A stretch of DNA of 50,485 nucleotides. Origin: Macrostomum lignano. Lineage: Eukaryota. The position numbers and the translations under genes are program-made. The notes beneath the pieces were generated by a model. The model saw only the letters and a program-made list of their open reading frames with translations. It was not told the origin of the DNA and did no database searches. This document shows, piece after piece, positions 12,015-23,164 of this stretch (its first letter is position 1; each line of letters begins with the position of its first letter). Location: contig NIVC01004325.1 in assembly GCA_002269645.1 (NCBI GenBank), positions 1 to 50,485 on the forward strand. The letters run 5' to 3'.

Positions 12015-13385
12015 ACCACTGCTAACAGATATTGGCGGCGTTGATGAAACAGGCGGCCGGCCATTATTATTGCTATTATTGCCAGCTGACGAAGATGACT
12101 CCACAATGCCGTTAGCCGGCGATGCAACAACAGAAGCCGGTGTCATTGCGGCAGACACCGGCGTTGGCGGTACAGATGATGAAGATTGCTGCTGCTGAGC
12201 AGAGGCTGGAGCCGCTGCCTGCGGACTGTATTCAACAGAATCGTCTCTATACGAAGCAACTAACCGCCTAGCAGCCAATACTTCGTCGGACGCGCGCAGG
12301 CTAGCCATAAACGCCTGTAGATGAGTCTCTAAACAGCCATTGTTATTATTTTGGCCGCTACCAATCGTAGCTAATGGCTTGCCATTGTTGTTGTTGTTAT
12401 TATTATTGTTGTTGTTATTATTGTTAACAGCGGGAGAATTAGGTGCAATTGTGGCAGCCTGATGCTCGGCTATGCCATTGCTGTTGTTGCTAACTGTTGA
12501 AGCTTTCTTAGTTAAAGCAGATTTGCTTTTATTATTACTGTTATTATTGCTGTTAGCGGATGAGGAATTATTGCTACCAGGTCCGCCAGCTTTAACAGTG
12601 GCTGCTGTTGCAGACGATGATTGCGGAGGCTGAGCTGTGGAATCTAATTCGCCATCTAGAAGGTGAATCTCTGGCAGCTGAGAAGACTGCTGCTGCTGAC
12701 GTAAAGGAGCCGAATTATCGTTCACTGGCGGCATTGGTTCGAACAAGCTAGCTAAGTCTTCTGGGAGATCGTATGAGATCGATTGCTGCTGTTGTTGCTG
12801 CTGCTGCTGCTGCTGATACTGATGGGGCGGCATCTGCTGAGCTGCTGAGACTGCGGGTTGTTGAGATGGCATAATTTGTTGTGGCTGATGCTGCTGCTGT
12901 TGCTGCTGATACTGATGGGGCGGATACTGGGACGGATGAGACTGCTGCATCATGTGATGATTGGTGGGCACGCCCATGCCAGGATAGTGCGGCGGCGGAG
13001 GCGCTCTGGGATAGAGATGGCCGGGAGGCTGATTCGGATGCTGCATCATGCTCATGTAGGCCTGCTGCTGCTGCTGCGGCATCGGCGGCGGGTGACCCGG
13101 GTAGCCGCCGGGGTGATGATGTTGCTGCGGATGCGGCGGCCGCAGCCCAGCCGGCATCCCGGGACCGCTTGGATGCTGCGAATACATCATTTGCGAGTGC
13201 GGATACTGCTGCTGCTGCTGGTGATGATGATAGGGATGCTGCGGCTGGTGCTGCTGCGACGGCGGTGGCGGCGGCATACCGGGTGGCGGCTGGCCGGGAC
13301 CGACAATATTGGCGGCTTTGTTTGACGGCGGGCCATTGTTGCCGCTACCGGCTGCCGCTGCTGCGGCGGCTGCTGCCTTTTTCTT
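11859..13385 (-). CDS. mam: Mastermind-like co-activator, exon 2 (Q/P/N-rich, acidic patches), ends at TAA
   Basis: Acceptor tattttgctcccgcag|aag in phase 0 joins exon 1 (...TAAQ|KKKAAA...). Long open Q/P/H-rich frame with acidic segments SYDLPEDLASLFE and LPEIHLLDGELD. A further 3' exon cannot be excluded. Confidence 0.75.
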
Positions 13386-13424
13386 CTGCGGGAGCAAAAT
13401 ATTCAAGAGGGGCTTATAGGCGCT

Positions 13425-14530
13425 TCTGTTTCGTTTGGGGGATTAAAGGGCGATTCTGTTTTGCTTGGGGGATTAAAGGGCGATTCTGTTTTGCTTGGGG
13501 GATTAAAGGGCGATTCTGTTTTGCTTGGGGGATTAAAGGGCGATTCTGTTTTGCTTGGGGGATTAAAGGGCGATTCTGTTTTGCTTGGGGGATTAAAGGG
13601 CGATTCTGTTTTGCTTGGGGGATTAAAGGGCGATTCTGTTTTGCTTGGGGGATTAAAGGGCGATTCTGTTTTGCTTGGGGGATTAAAGGGCGATTCTTAT
13701 CCATTAGGGGGATTAAAAGACCATTATCATCCATTAGGGGGATTAAGGGCAATTCTCATCCATTAGGGGGATTAAGGGCGGTTCTTATCCATTAGGGGTA
13801 CTAAAAGGGAATTATCATCCATTAGGGGGATTAAGGGCAATTCTCATCTATTAGGGGTACTAAAAGGGAATTATCATCCATTAGGGGGATTAAGGGCAAT
13901 TCTCATCCATTAGGGGTACTAAAGGGGAATTATCATCCATTAGGGGGATTAAGGGCAATTCTCATCCATTAGGGGTATTAAAGTGGAATTATCATCCATT
14001 AGGGGGATTAAGGGGCAATTATCATCCATTAGAGGGATTAAGGGCGATTCTTATCTATTGGGAGGATTAAGGGACGATTTTCATCCATTAGGGGGATTAA
14101 GAGACCATTCTCATCCATTAGGGGGATTAAGAGACCATTCTCATCCATTAGGGGGATTAAGAGACCATTCTCATCCATTAGGGGGATTAAGAGACCATTC
14201 TCATCCATTAGGGGGATTAAGAGACCATTCTCATCCATTAGGGGGATTAAGAGACCATTCTCATCCATTAGGGGGATAAAGAGACCATTCTCATCCATTA
14301 GGGGGATTAAGAGACCATTCTCATCCATTAGGGGGATTAAGAGACCATTCTCATCCATTAGGGGGATTAAGAGACCATTCTCATCCATTAGGGGGATTAA
14401 GAGACCATTCTCATCCATTAGGGGGATTAAGAGACCATTCTCATCCATTAGGGGGATTAAGAGACCATTCTCATCCATTAGGGGGATTAAGAGACCATTC
14501 TCATCCATTAGGGGGATTAAGAGACCATTC
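13425..14530. repeat. 30-bp compound minisatellite filling the mam intron
   Basis: GGGATTAAAGGGCGATTCTGTTTTGCTTGG grades into GGGATTAAGAGACCATTCTCATCCATTAGG. Confidence 0.97.
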
Positions 14531-14601
14531 TAATCAACGGAGCTCAGTGAGTAAAGCACATACAACCTTCATGCATAAATAAAGCAGACAGTGAGACGCA
14601 C

Positions 14602-14967
14602 CTGAGCAGCAGTGGCCGTACGTTTCTTGCCCTTTTTTGTCTCCTCAACTCGGGCAGTCAGCGCCTGCATCTCTTCGTGACTCTTCTGCTCATCGACTGG
14701 CTGTCTGGCTAGAAATCGATTCTCGCTAACAGCCTGGTGATCCCGAAAGGTTGACACGCGATCGACAACTCGTCGAACACTGTCTAACGGAGCCTCCTGC
14801 GGCTGGGGCAGCATGTGCTGCTGCATCATGTGCTGCTGATGCTGCTGTTGTTGCATCATGTGCTGCGGCGGAGGCGGCGGCGCCGGTTGCATATGACTCT
14901 GATGCTGATAGTGCTGATAAGGTGGCGGGGCCTGATGAGGCGGCCGAGGCTGCTGCTGCTGCTGCAT
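14602..14967 (-). CDS. mam: Mastermind-like co-activator, exon 1 with N-terminal CSL/NICD-binding helix
   Basis: VVDRVSTFRDHQAVSENRFLARQPVDEQKSHEEMQALTARVEETKKGKKR aligns without gaps to the Mastermind basic domain as I recall it (R...Y/F R..Q.....R Y/F...........E...L..R..E.K). ATG at 14967, AG acceptor at 15007-15008, donor cag|gtgcgt. Confidence 0.75.
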
Positions 14968-15204
14968 GCTTAGCCAAGACTCAATTGCGGAAATAATCGA
15001 CAATAACTGAGAATAAACCAAGTAGCCAAATTATTTTTTCTCTTCACTTATCGATCGGTGTCAAGTCACCATAGCTGCCAAATTGACAGGCTGAAGTGTC
15101 TGCTCTGAGGCTGAAGTGAGTTATCATCAATAAATCAATGTACAATTCACAATAGTTGACAGTTGAATTAAATGAAAATTGACTGACTAGAGTTAAATAT
15201 GGAG

Positions 15205-15910
15205 ATTAATTAGATCCCAATCTAGAGACTGATTAGATCTTAATCTAAAGACTGATTAGATCTTAATCTAAAGACTGATTAGATCTTAATCTAGAGACTG
15301 ACTAGATCCCAATCTAGAGGCTGATTAGATCTCAATCTGGAGACTAATTAGATCTTAATCTAGATACAAAATAGATTTCAATCTAGAGGCTGATTAGATC
15401 TCAATCTAGAGACTGATTATATATAAATCTGGAGACTAATTAGATCTTAATCTAGATACAAAATAGATTTCAATCTAGAGGCTGATTAGATCTCAATCTA
15501 GAGACTGATTATATATAAATCTGGAGACTAATTAGATCTTAATCTAGATACAAAATAGATTTCAATCTAGAGGCTGATTAGATCTCAATCTAGAGACTGA
15601 TTATATATAAATCTGGAGACTAATTAGATCTTAATCTAGATACAAAATAGATTTCAATCTAGAGGCTGATTAGATCTCAATCTAGAGACTGATTATATAT
15701 AAATCTGGAGACTGATTAGATATAAATCTAGAGACTGACCAGTCAAATCTAGAGACTGATCAGTCAAATCTAGAGACTGATCAGTCAAATCTAGAGACTG
15801 ACCATTCAAATCTAGAGACTGACCATTCAAATCTAGAGACTGACCATTCAAATCTAGAGACTGACCATTCAAATCTAGAGACTGGACTGACCAGTCAAAT
15901 CTAGAGACTA
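15205..15910. repeat. 23-bp repeat with 92-bp higher-order unit, grading into a 21-bp unit
   Basis: TCTAGAGACTGA core; TAGATACAAAATAG recurs every 92 nt (15361, 15453...). Confidence 0.9.
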
Positions 15911-16344
15911 ATTAAAACCCAAATCAAGGCACTATTTTGGATCAAATATTAGGATTCTTAAAGACAATTGAGAGTATTTCAACAGTTAAACCAATTATAA
16001 TTAGGGAACTTCCAAAACTACGAGTAAATATAGACTATATATACGAGCGTAGAAGTCAGAACTACAGTCTATCTATGATCTAGGAACAGTTGAAGGTCAA
16101 GTTTGGGACTGTTATAAATCATTATATTAACCTGAATATATGCGCATCAAACGTCCAGCTAATCACTGAGATAAAAAACTTAGCTGGTGGATTATATGCG
16201 CACCTGGCATTACAGTTAATCTGTGAGAGAGTACTGTGTTGTCTAAAGGCAAGGCAAAATTAAAAGCATTGCTGACTAGAGACAAATAAGGTAACTCTCT
16301 CACAATAGCTTTTAACTAATTAAACTCATTAATTTAGGAATTGG

Positions 16345-16980
16345 TCAGAGTGAACTCTAGAGACTGCTCAGAGTGAACTCTAGAGACAGTTCAGAGTGAA
16401 CTCTAGAGACTGCTCAGAGTGAACTCTAGAGACAGTTCAGAGTGAACTCTAGAGACTGCTCAGAGTGAACTCTAGAGACAGTTCTGAGTGAACTCTAGAG
16501 ACTGTTCAGAGTGAACTCTAGAGACTGTTCAGAGTGAACTCTAGAGACTCTTGAGAGTGAACTCTAGAGACTGTTCAGAGTGAACTCTAGAGACTGTTCA
16601 GAGTGAACTCTAGAGACTTGTCAGGGTGAACTCTAGAGACTGCTTAGAGTGAACTCTAGAGACTGATCAGAGTGAACTCTAGAGACTGATCAGAGTGAAC
16701 TCTAGAGACTGATCAGAGTGAACTCTAGAGACTGATCAGAGTGAACTCTAGAGACTGATCAGAGTGAACTCTAGAGACTGATCAGAGTGAACTCTAGAGA
16801 CTGATCAGAGTGAACTCTAGAGACTGATCAGAGTGAACTCTAGAGACTGTTCAGAGTGAACTCTAGAGACTGCTCAGAGTGAACTCTAGAGACTGTTCAG
16901 AGTGAACTCTAGAGACTGTTCAGAGTGAACTTTAGGGAGGGATTGTTCATTGAAAACTCTAGGGATTGTTCAGAGTAAAC
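16345..16980. repeat. 23-bp minisatellite (TCAGAGTGAACTCTAGAGACTGA)
   Basis: Direct periodicity. Confidence 0.96.
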
Positions 16981-18287
16981 TATACTTTATAATAGGCAGA
17001 GTTAAAGCATTATTGGACAGTCACATGACACCTAAAGCATTTTTATAATGACAGCACGTATCTAACTTACCTACTTCAATTAAAATAAACAATATTTACT
17101 GATGCTGACAAATCGTTTTAAAAAAGTATTTAGAGTACATGTCGTTCTTTATATTTTGTAACAAAATAACAATAACAAGGCTTGCAATCTACTAGATTGT
17201 TACAACAACAGAAACTGGCTACTAGACTAAGATTTAGACTAGAAAAGTTTGGTGCCATTAGAGACAAAATATAATAAAAAATACGAGGAACTACAATAAC
17301 TGAAGACAACACTTAAAAAATTGACAGACAGTAGTTAATCAATAATGTGATTAATATAATAATTGAAATTTAATGCACAAAATTACACAGAAGCCTCTAG
17401 AAGCAGAGAGGCGTTACTCGATTCGGTTTCTGAAAAAACAAAAGCCTTCAGTCAAAAACCGACAAAATCTGTCGTTTCCCTCGTAAAAATAGAACTCGTT
17501 ATTAAACACATTATTTTGTGACTAGAATAAGAACAAGTATATTAAGAGTCGGGAATGACAACAAAACAGTAAAAAAATAGGCTCACGCTAAATTTTTAAA
17601 AAAGAACAACTCCAGACTACTTAGTCAGTAGTTGATAATAAAAGTTTACAAGTCTTGTTTACAATTGGAAAACTTCCAATAAAAATCCAACCTAAAAATC
17701 TTAGTAGTTTCCTTTTTTAACTTAAAGGCATACCACAGACACTTGAATAGCTGCAGTAGATGTCACTTTTCTTCAGTAGTTTGTCTGCGCAGTGTCATTT
17801 AAATTTAAAATGGCAGATAAAATTTCCTTCCTTTCTCGGGCTTTGCGTCCTCAAGAGCATATGGGGTTAAGAATGAACAACAAGAATTTAACTTCATGTA
17901 CTAAAGTGAACGCAAGAAGTCCAACGAAACTCAGTGTAGGGGACAGGCCCAAACTGGCTCAGCCAATGAGAGAGAAGGAAGGAGAGAGGTCAAAGTCAGA
18001 CAGACGAAACGCTGTCTTAGGGTGGCAGGCCAAAGCTGGCTTAGCCAATGATAGAGCAGTAAGGAGAGAGGCACTTTTTGCGAGCGAAATTTAGTTATTC
18101 TAGTTAGTATCTGTGGGGCATACCAACTCTATATAAGCCATATTGGAGAGTTCATTAGTTGATCTCAAATTTCTACCGTTAAATAGTCAGCTTGGCTTAA
18201 AGAATATTAGTGAAAACAGTACATAAGCGTACAGAATTTAGTAACAATATATAAAGTCATTAGAGTATGTGGCCATTAACACTTCAA

Positions 18288-18665
18288 TCAATTGCTCTTG
18301 CTATCGAAAACGCCAGCAGAGCCCAGTATAGCCATAATAATAATGATGACTATAACGGTCACGGCTACGCCAATAATGATGCGCATTTTAGTATTTTGCC
18401 ACCACATTTTACGCCGCAAAGCGGTTGTTGTACGCTGATAAGCGGCCGCCGAGTCTTGCAAATTCTCCGATCGTTCAACTAAATCAGACAGATGGCCCTC
18501 GCGTTCAATCACTTTGTTAACATTGTCGCGCATTATGTTGGACACCACGTGCACTTCTTCGCGCAGCTCATACAGTCGGGAACCGTCGCCAGAAGCGGCT
18601 GCGGCTGCCCGATCAGGATTAGGAGCCGGGGCAGCAGCCGGATCAGCAGCAGTGTTGGCATCCAT
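18288..18665 (-). CDS. Synaptobrevin/VAMP-family R-SNARE, single coding exon, 125 aa
   Basis: R-SNARE heptads (EVHVVSNIMRDNVNKVIEREGHLSDLVERSENLQDSA) with zero-layer R, the juxtamembrane KMWWQN motif, then a C-terminal transmembrane helix. Confidence 0.93.
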   Translation of the reverse strand: MDANTAADPAAAPAPNPDRAAAAASGDGSRLYELREEVHVVSNIMRDNVNKVIEREGHLSDLVERSENLQDSAAAYQRTTTALRRKMWWQNTKMRIIIGVAVTVIVIIIIMAILGSAGVFDSKSN

Positions 18666-20479
18666 GTTTTGAGCGTCTTAGACTGCAACGTGATATGCAT
18701 GATAATAATAGCAATCATAATTGCAGGAGGGCTGTGTTGCCGACAGAAAATAATGCTATTTCATTTGATACTGTATTGATGACTTTTTAATTTAAAATAT
18801 GTCCACATTGTAGTTTATGAAACAGATTCAAATATAAGTTTCACTAGTATTTTTGGTTTACTACTTTTAAAACCAAAAATACTCATCAGTTGAGGCTGTC
18901 AGTTGCACCTTAGTCTAGTCAATGATTCAAGGCATTGATGGCACATGAGAGACTTCAGTCAAAGACCTAAAGCAAAGCAAACAAAATTTTAAAAAATTGA
19001 GATCTATTGTGCTTTTTTTTACAAAAATAGTTTCTGTGCAAACAAATTTTATTATAAGATTTGTTCTAGAGCAGGATGTCAACACAAATAGGATAGTACA
19101 TAAATAATGTTGTCTCTTGTTTATTGGGCACCCCAAATGGGAGCACTAGATTTTTAGTAATTTTGTTGTTATTGGTAATAAGAATTCATTAGCTTATAGG
19201 CATGGCATAAATAATTAAGGCCTAATATACATTTGTAAGATGGTTTGTTTACCATCTTTCCTCTTACTCTTTCCTCTCCCTTTCTCTTCCCTCCTCTCGC
19301 TTCTTCCTCCCCTATTATCTGCTATCTTTTCTCTTATCCCCTTCTTGCCTCTCCTCTCTTCTAACAGTCTACTCCTTCTCCTTTCCACTTGCATCTGGCC
19401 TGTAGCCATGAGCTGGATTCTTTATCTGGCCTTTGAGGTTAAAGTGTTCCAATCCGTACTTTGAAAGCCAGTTTGTGGGATGTAGTACTATCATGGTTGT
19501 TATCATTTCTTCTATCTTCTCTTCTCTTATGCTTTAATCACATCATCTTTCTGGCCAATTAGTAGCCCTGAGAGGAATTTGTATATCTCCAGCTCTGCCA
19601 CCACAGTCTATAGCAGTCTAACAACCAAGGAAATATGCATTTCTTAGGAGCCTTTATTTTAAAGTACCTTATGCAAATTTTAATGTTAAAAGTTTTATGG
19701 TGTAACTAATTTAGTAGTATTGCATTATAATCAGTTATTCATTAATTTTCACTATTATTTTTACTAACCATCCCGCATTACCTTGATTTGCCATGCACTG
19801 TTATTCTGTTAAACTGCTACAGAATTTTCTATACAGAGGACAGTGGTTTGAATCTTTCACTAAACTGTCATAGCTAAATGTAGCCTTTTTATGCACGGGG
19901 GTATAGAGAAGGCTATAAAAAATTATTTTAAAACACTATACACTCACTATGTATACTAAGCCTTATTACCTGATCCTTTGTCTGGGTACTGAGTTGGATA
20001 AGCAGCACAAACAACAGAAAAAGCAGACAAACTTCACATGCTTACAGTTTCTATTCTGATTGAGTTACAGAGTTGACTTTATAATTAGATAGAGAATAAG
20101 TCAATGCAGAATTGTGTCAAGTTTAAAGTGAATTGCTTTATATGGAGCAAACAAAAGTTAGTCAATTTCCAAACCCTTTTTCACATCTTGCCAGATATAA
20201 AAGAGAGAAAGAGAGAGAGGCAGAGGTTGGGGTGGCTGTCTTGTTGACAAAAAGCAGACTAACTTTAAAAGTGTACAGCACTATTTAGGAATAACTTTGA
20301 GACTCAAAAATTTACACAATTGTGTCAAAAAACTTGTAGAATAATTAAGTTAAATTTGAAGAATATTGGTAAAACTGGAGCAGCACTATGGAGAATTTAG
20401 TGAAAAAATCACACATTTTGAGCAGTTTTTGCACTTTTAGGTAGGAAGACTTGAGTTTAGGAAATTTTAAAGTAGCCTA

Positions 20480-20626
20480 AGACATTTTCTGTAGTGAGTT
20501 TAGGGTAGGTGCAAAATTAGGTATCAGTTGGTTGAGCAGTTTGGGAGTCCATAGCAATCAAAATTGTACATACATAGACATACACACACAAATAAACAGA
20601 GTTTTCATTTTTATATGTAGAGATTA
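20480..20626 (+). mobile_element. Possible 3' end of a non-autonomous Helitron/Helentron-like element
   Basis: GGTTGAGCAGTTTGGGAGTCCATAG...CATACATAGACATACACACAC...TTCATTTTTATATGTAGAGATT resembles invertebrate Helitron-like 3' ends with a microsatellite; pattern recall only. Confidence 0.35.
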
Positions 20627-21418
20627 TAATAGAATGAAAAACAATCATTATTGAATATTGAGAGCTTATTAATAATTTGATATACATCAAATATAAATTT
20701 GAAAATATCGAGAAATCAATATTTGTTTTGCAATATATTTTAATTAGTTTGAATTAGTACTATAATACATTGCCTTTACCTCTGACCCTAAGCAGTTAAT
20801 AAAGCAGTAAATAGAGCAATAGCTAGAGTGGTAGATAAAGCTAGAGGCTAAAGAATTTTTAAATACTATTTCCTATACCCTTTAGCCACAAGCATAATTT
20901 TCTACTATAGTACTATATTAAAGCACTAATTCAAACTTGAAAATAATAGGCCTCTTACAAAACAAACTAAAAGACTTACATAATATCATACATAGTCATA
21001 AAAAGTCATATAATCATAATTTTTTAATTTTTTAAGATCTCAAAACTAAGATTGAGACTGAAAAAAGTGCCAAGATCCTATAGTTAAGAAGAAGGCATGT
21101 ATGCTAGAAATTTGACATATATATTGATTTATAAAAATGTGATTTAGAACTTTTGATATATAACATATATACAAAATAAAATATATATATTATAAATAAT
21201 AATAATAATAATAAACTTCGCATTATAATCATAAAATTTGATAACTATTCAATGCAAAATTGCTTTCCTTTTTTGCAAAAGTATTGATTTGAAATTTTAA
21301 CAAAAATGATAAATTCCATTTTTGTTCTTTTGAATAATACAAAATATTATATTATTAATAGCTTGTAATTATATTATTATTTTCTAACTTTATCTAATTA
21401 AAATTAAATATCCAAATT

Positions 21419-21590
21419 CATACATGCGCAACTTTGGGAATCACCCGGCCGTTTCTATTGGCAACATATACATGTAAGTCGCTATTGGCTGAGAGCAGTC
21501 ACGTGACTACTATTCCATCCAATAGCGACTTACGTGTGTGTGCTGCCAATAGAAACGGCCGAGTGAATCCCAAGGTTGCGCCCAAGCATG
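21419..21590. mobile_element. Palindromic MITE of the CATACATGCGCAAC TIR family (right end degraded)
   Basis: Left TIR is intact, and the whole body is a long imperfect hairpin centred on GTCACGTGAC. Confidence 0.7.
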
Positions 21591-22013
21591 TCCAAATTAC
21601 TAGCCTAATAGTAACATTTCAAAATTGACAATATGGAACTTTGCAGAAGGTAATATATTTGACATACATTGGTATATACTAAAAATTTTCTAGGGTACAA
21701 AGTGTTTTAAACTATAGCCAAGCCCTTAATCTTAATCATCAAGATATTATCCAACCCTTGGCTTGCCACCTAAGTAGCTTACCTATCCATATATACATGG
21801 CAAGTCATATACTAATAATTAGACCTTAAGCTTAAACAAAAATGCTTTTAGAATCAGAAAAAAACTTGAATCAACTAGGAAAAACTAAAGTAGGCCTAAA
21901 CTAGGAAAAAAATTACCATCTTAAAAATATCATTATATCTATAATCTTACAAGGCATATAGGGGCCTAATAATTATCTTGCATCACTTCATAAGCATATC
22001 ACATAGTATAGGA

Positions 22014-23164
22014 AATGTTCTGCCATAGCTACAGTGTGATAGGTGCCTATAGGCTATGGCAACTATGGATATACCTACAATAATAGATAACTGCTCTTAT
22101 GGCTACAACTATATAAATATAGTAATTGCAACCACTCCATAGTCAGGAAGGTGGCCTCTGAGGGGGAAAATTCTTCATGCACACAAAGGGTCCTTGGCGC
22201 ACTTGGCGCACACTGAGGTCCCTGGCGCATGTGGCGCACAATCATGGTGCACACTGAGGTCCCTAGCGCATGTGACGCATAATTGCGGCACATAAAGTCC
22301 ATGACATACATGAAAATTGTAATGCAAATTAATAATTTTACATAAAATAAAGGAGATTTGTATAGTCTAGAAAGTCAATGATAAACTTTTTGCTTCTTTA
22401 AAATTAACAATAAATAAAATTAGTATAAATTATCACTAAGAATGTCAATTTTGCATTACTCTTTTTGTAGGTATACTTTAAGTTTGTTTAAATGGAGATA
22501 TGCATAACATTTTAAAAAGACTTTTCGTACGAAGGTATTTCTTAGAAAACTCTACTTGTGAAGAGTGGCGCATAGACGGTGCATATACAGTGCACAAATA
22601 GCGCATAGACGGCGCACATACAGTGCACAAATGGTGCATAGATGGCGCATAGATAGCGCACAAATCATCCCAAAAAAATTATTCCAGCACATACTGTGCC
22701 ACCTTCCTGACTATGGCAACCACTTTGTATATTCCTATAGCCATAGTTATAAATTAAAAATATTAATAAATATTACAAAAAGATAAAAGAAAACAAAGAT
22801 ACTTAATATAAACTACATTAGGGGGGCCTAATCTTAGATTCTTATAGATTAAAAACTTAGAAATTATATCCAATCCAATATAGTACAATATTTAAAACAC
22901 TAGCAAATTCTTAATTTTATTAATGTTAAAAAGTTTAGTAGGCCTAGTGTGTGGTACTTTCAATACCAGTGAATAGGCAAGCCTTTGGTTTCCCACTCTA
23001 AATTATTTAAACCCCTTTTTGAACTTTTCAGCTACTTCCAGTAGTATGGGGATATTGGGGTCCCTAGGCCTATGCTATAGCTATGGAAAAAAAATTGAAA
23101 GAAGCCATAGTTTTGCTTACAGCTATGGCTACAGCACATGGACCACCCTTACAGCAGAACACTA
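22014..23164 (+). mobile_element. Degenerate hAT-type MITE (family of 38959-39601), interrupted by a 580-bp insertion
   Basis: Homologous at both ends to 38959-39601; degenerate TIRs ATGTTCTGCC / GCAGAACACTA; near-TSD GTATAGGA / GTATAGAA. Confidence 0.7.
22137..22716. mobile_element. 580-bp non-autonomous DNA transposon, 19-bp TIR, 8-bp TSD
   Basis: TIR CCATAGTCAGGAAGGTGGC / GCCACCTTCCTGACTATGG; perfect TSD CAACCACT (22129-22136 and 22717-22724); internal subterminal tandem repeats. Confidence 0.9.

Noticed and set aside
12858-13795. Plus-strand ORFs overlapping mam exon 2 (155 and 304 aa)
   Set aside because: Antisense shadows of CAG/CCG-rich coding sequence plus the intronic repeat.
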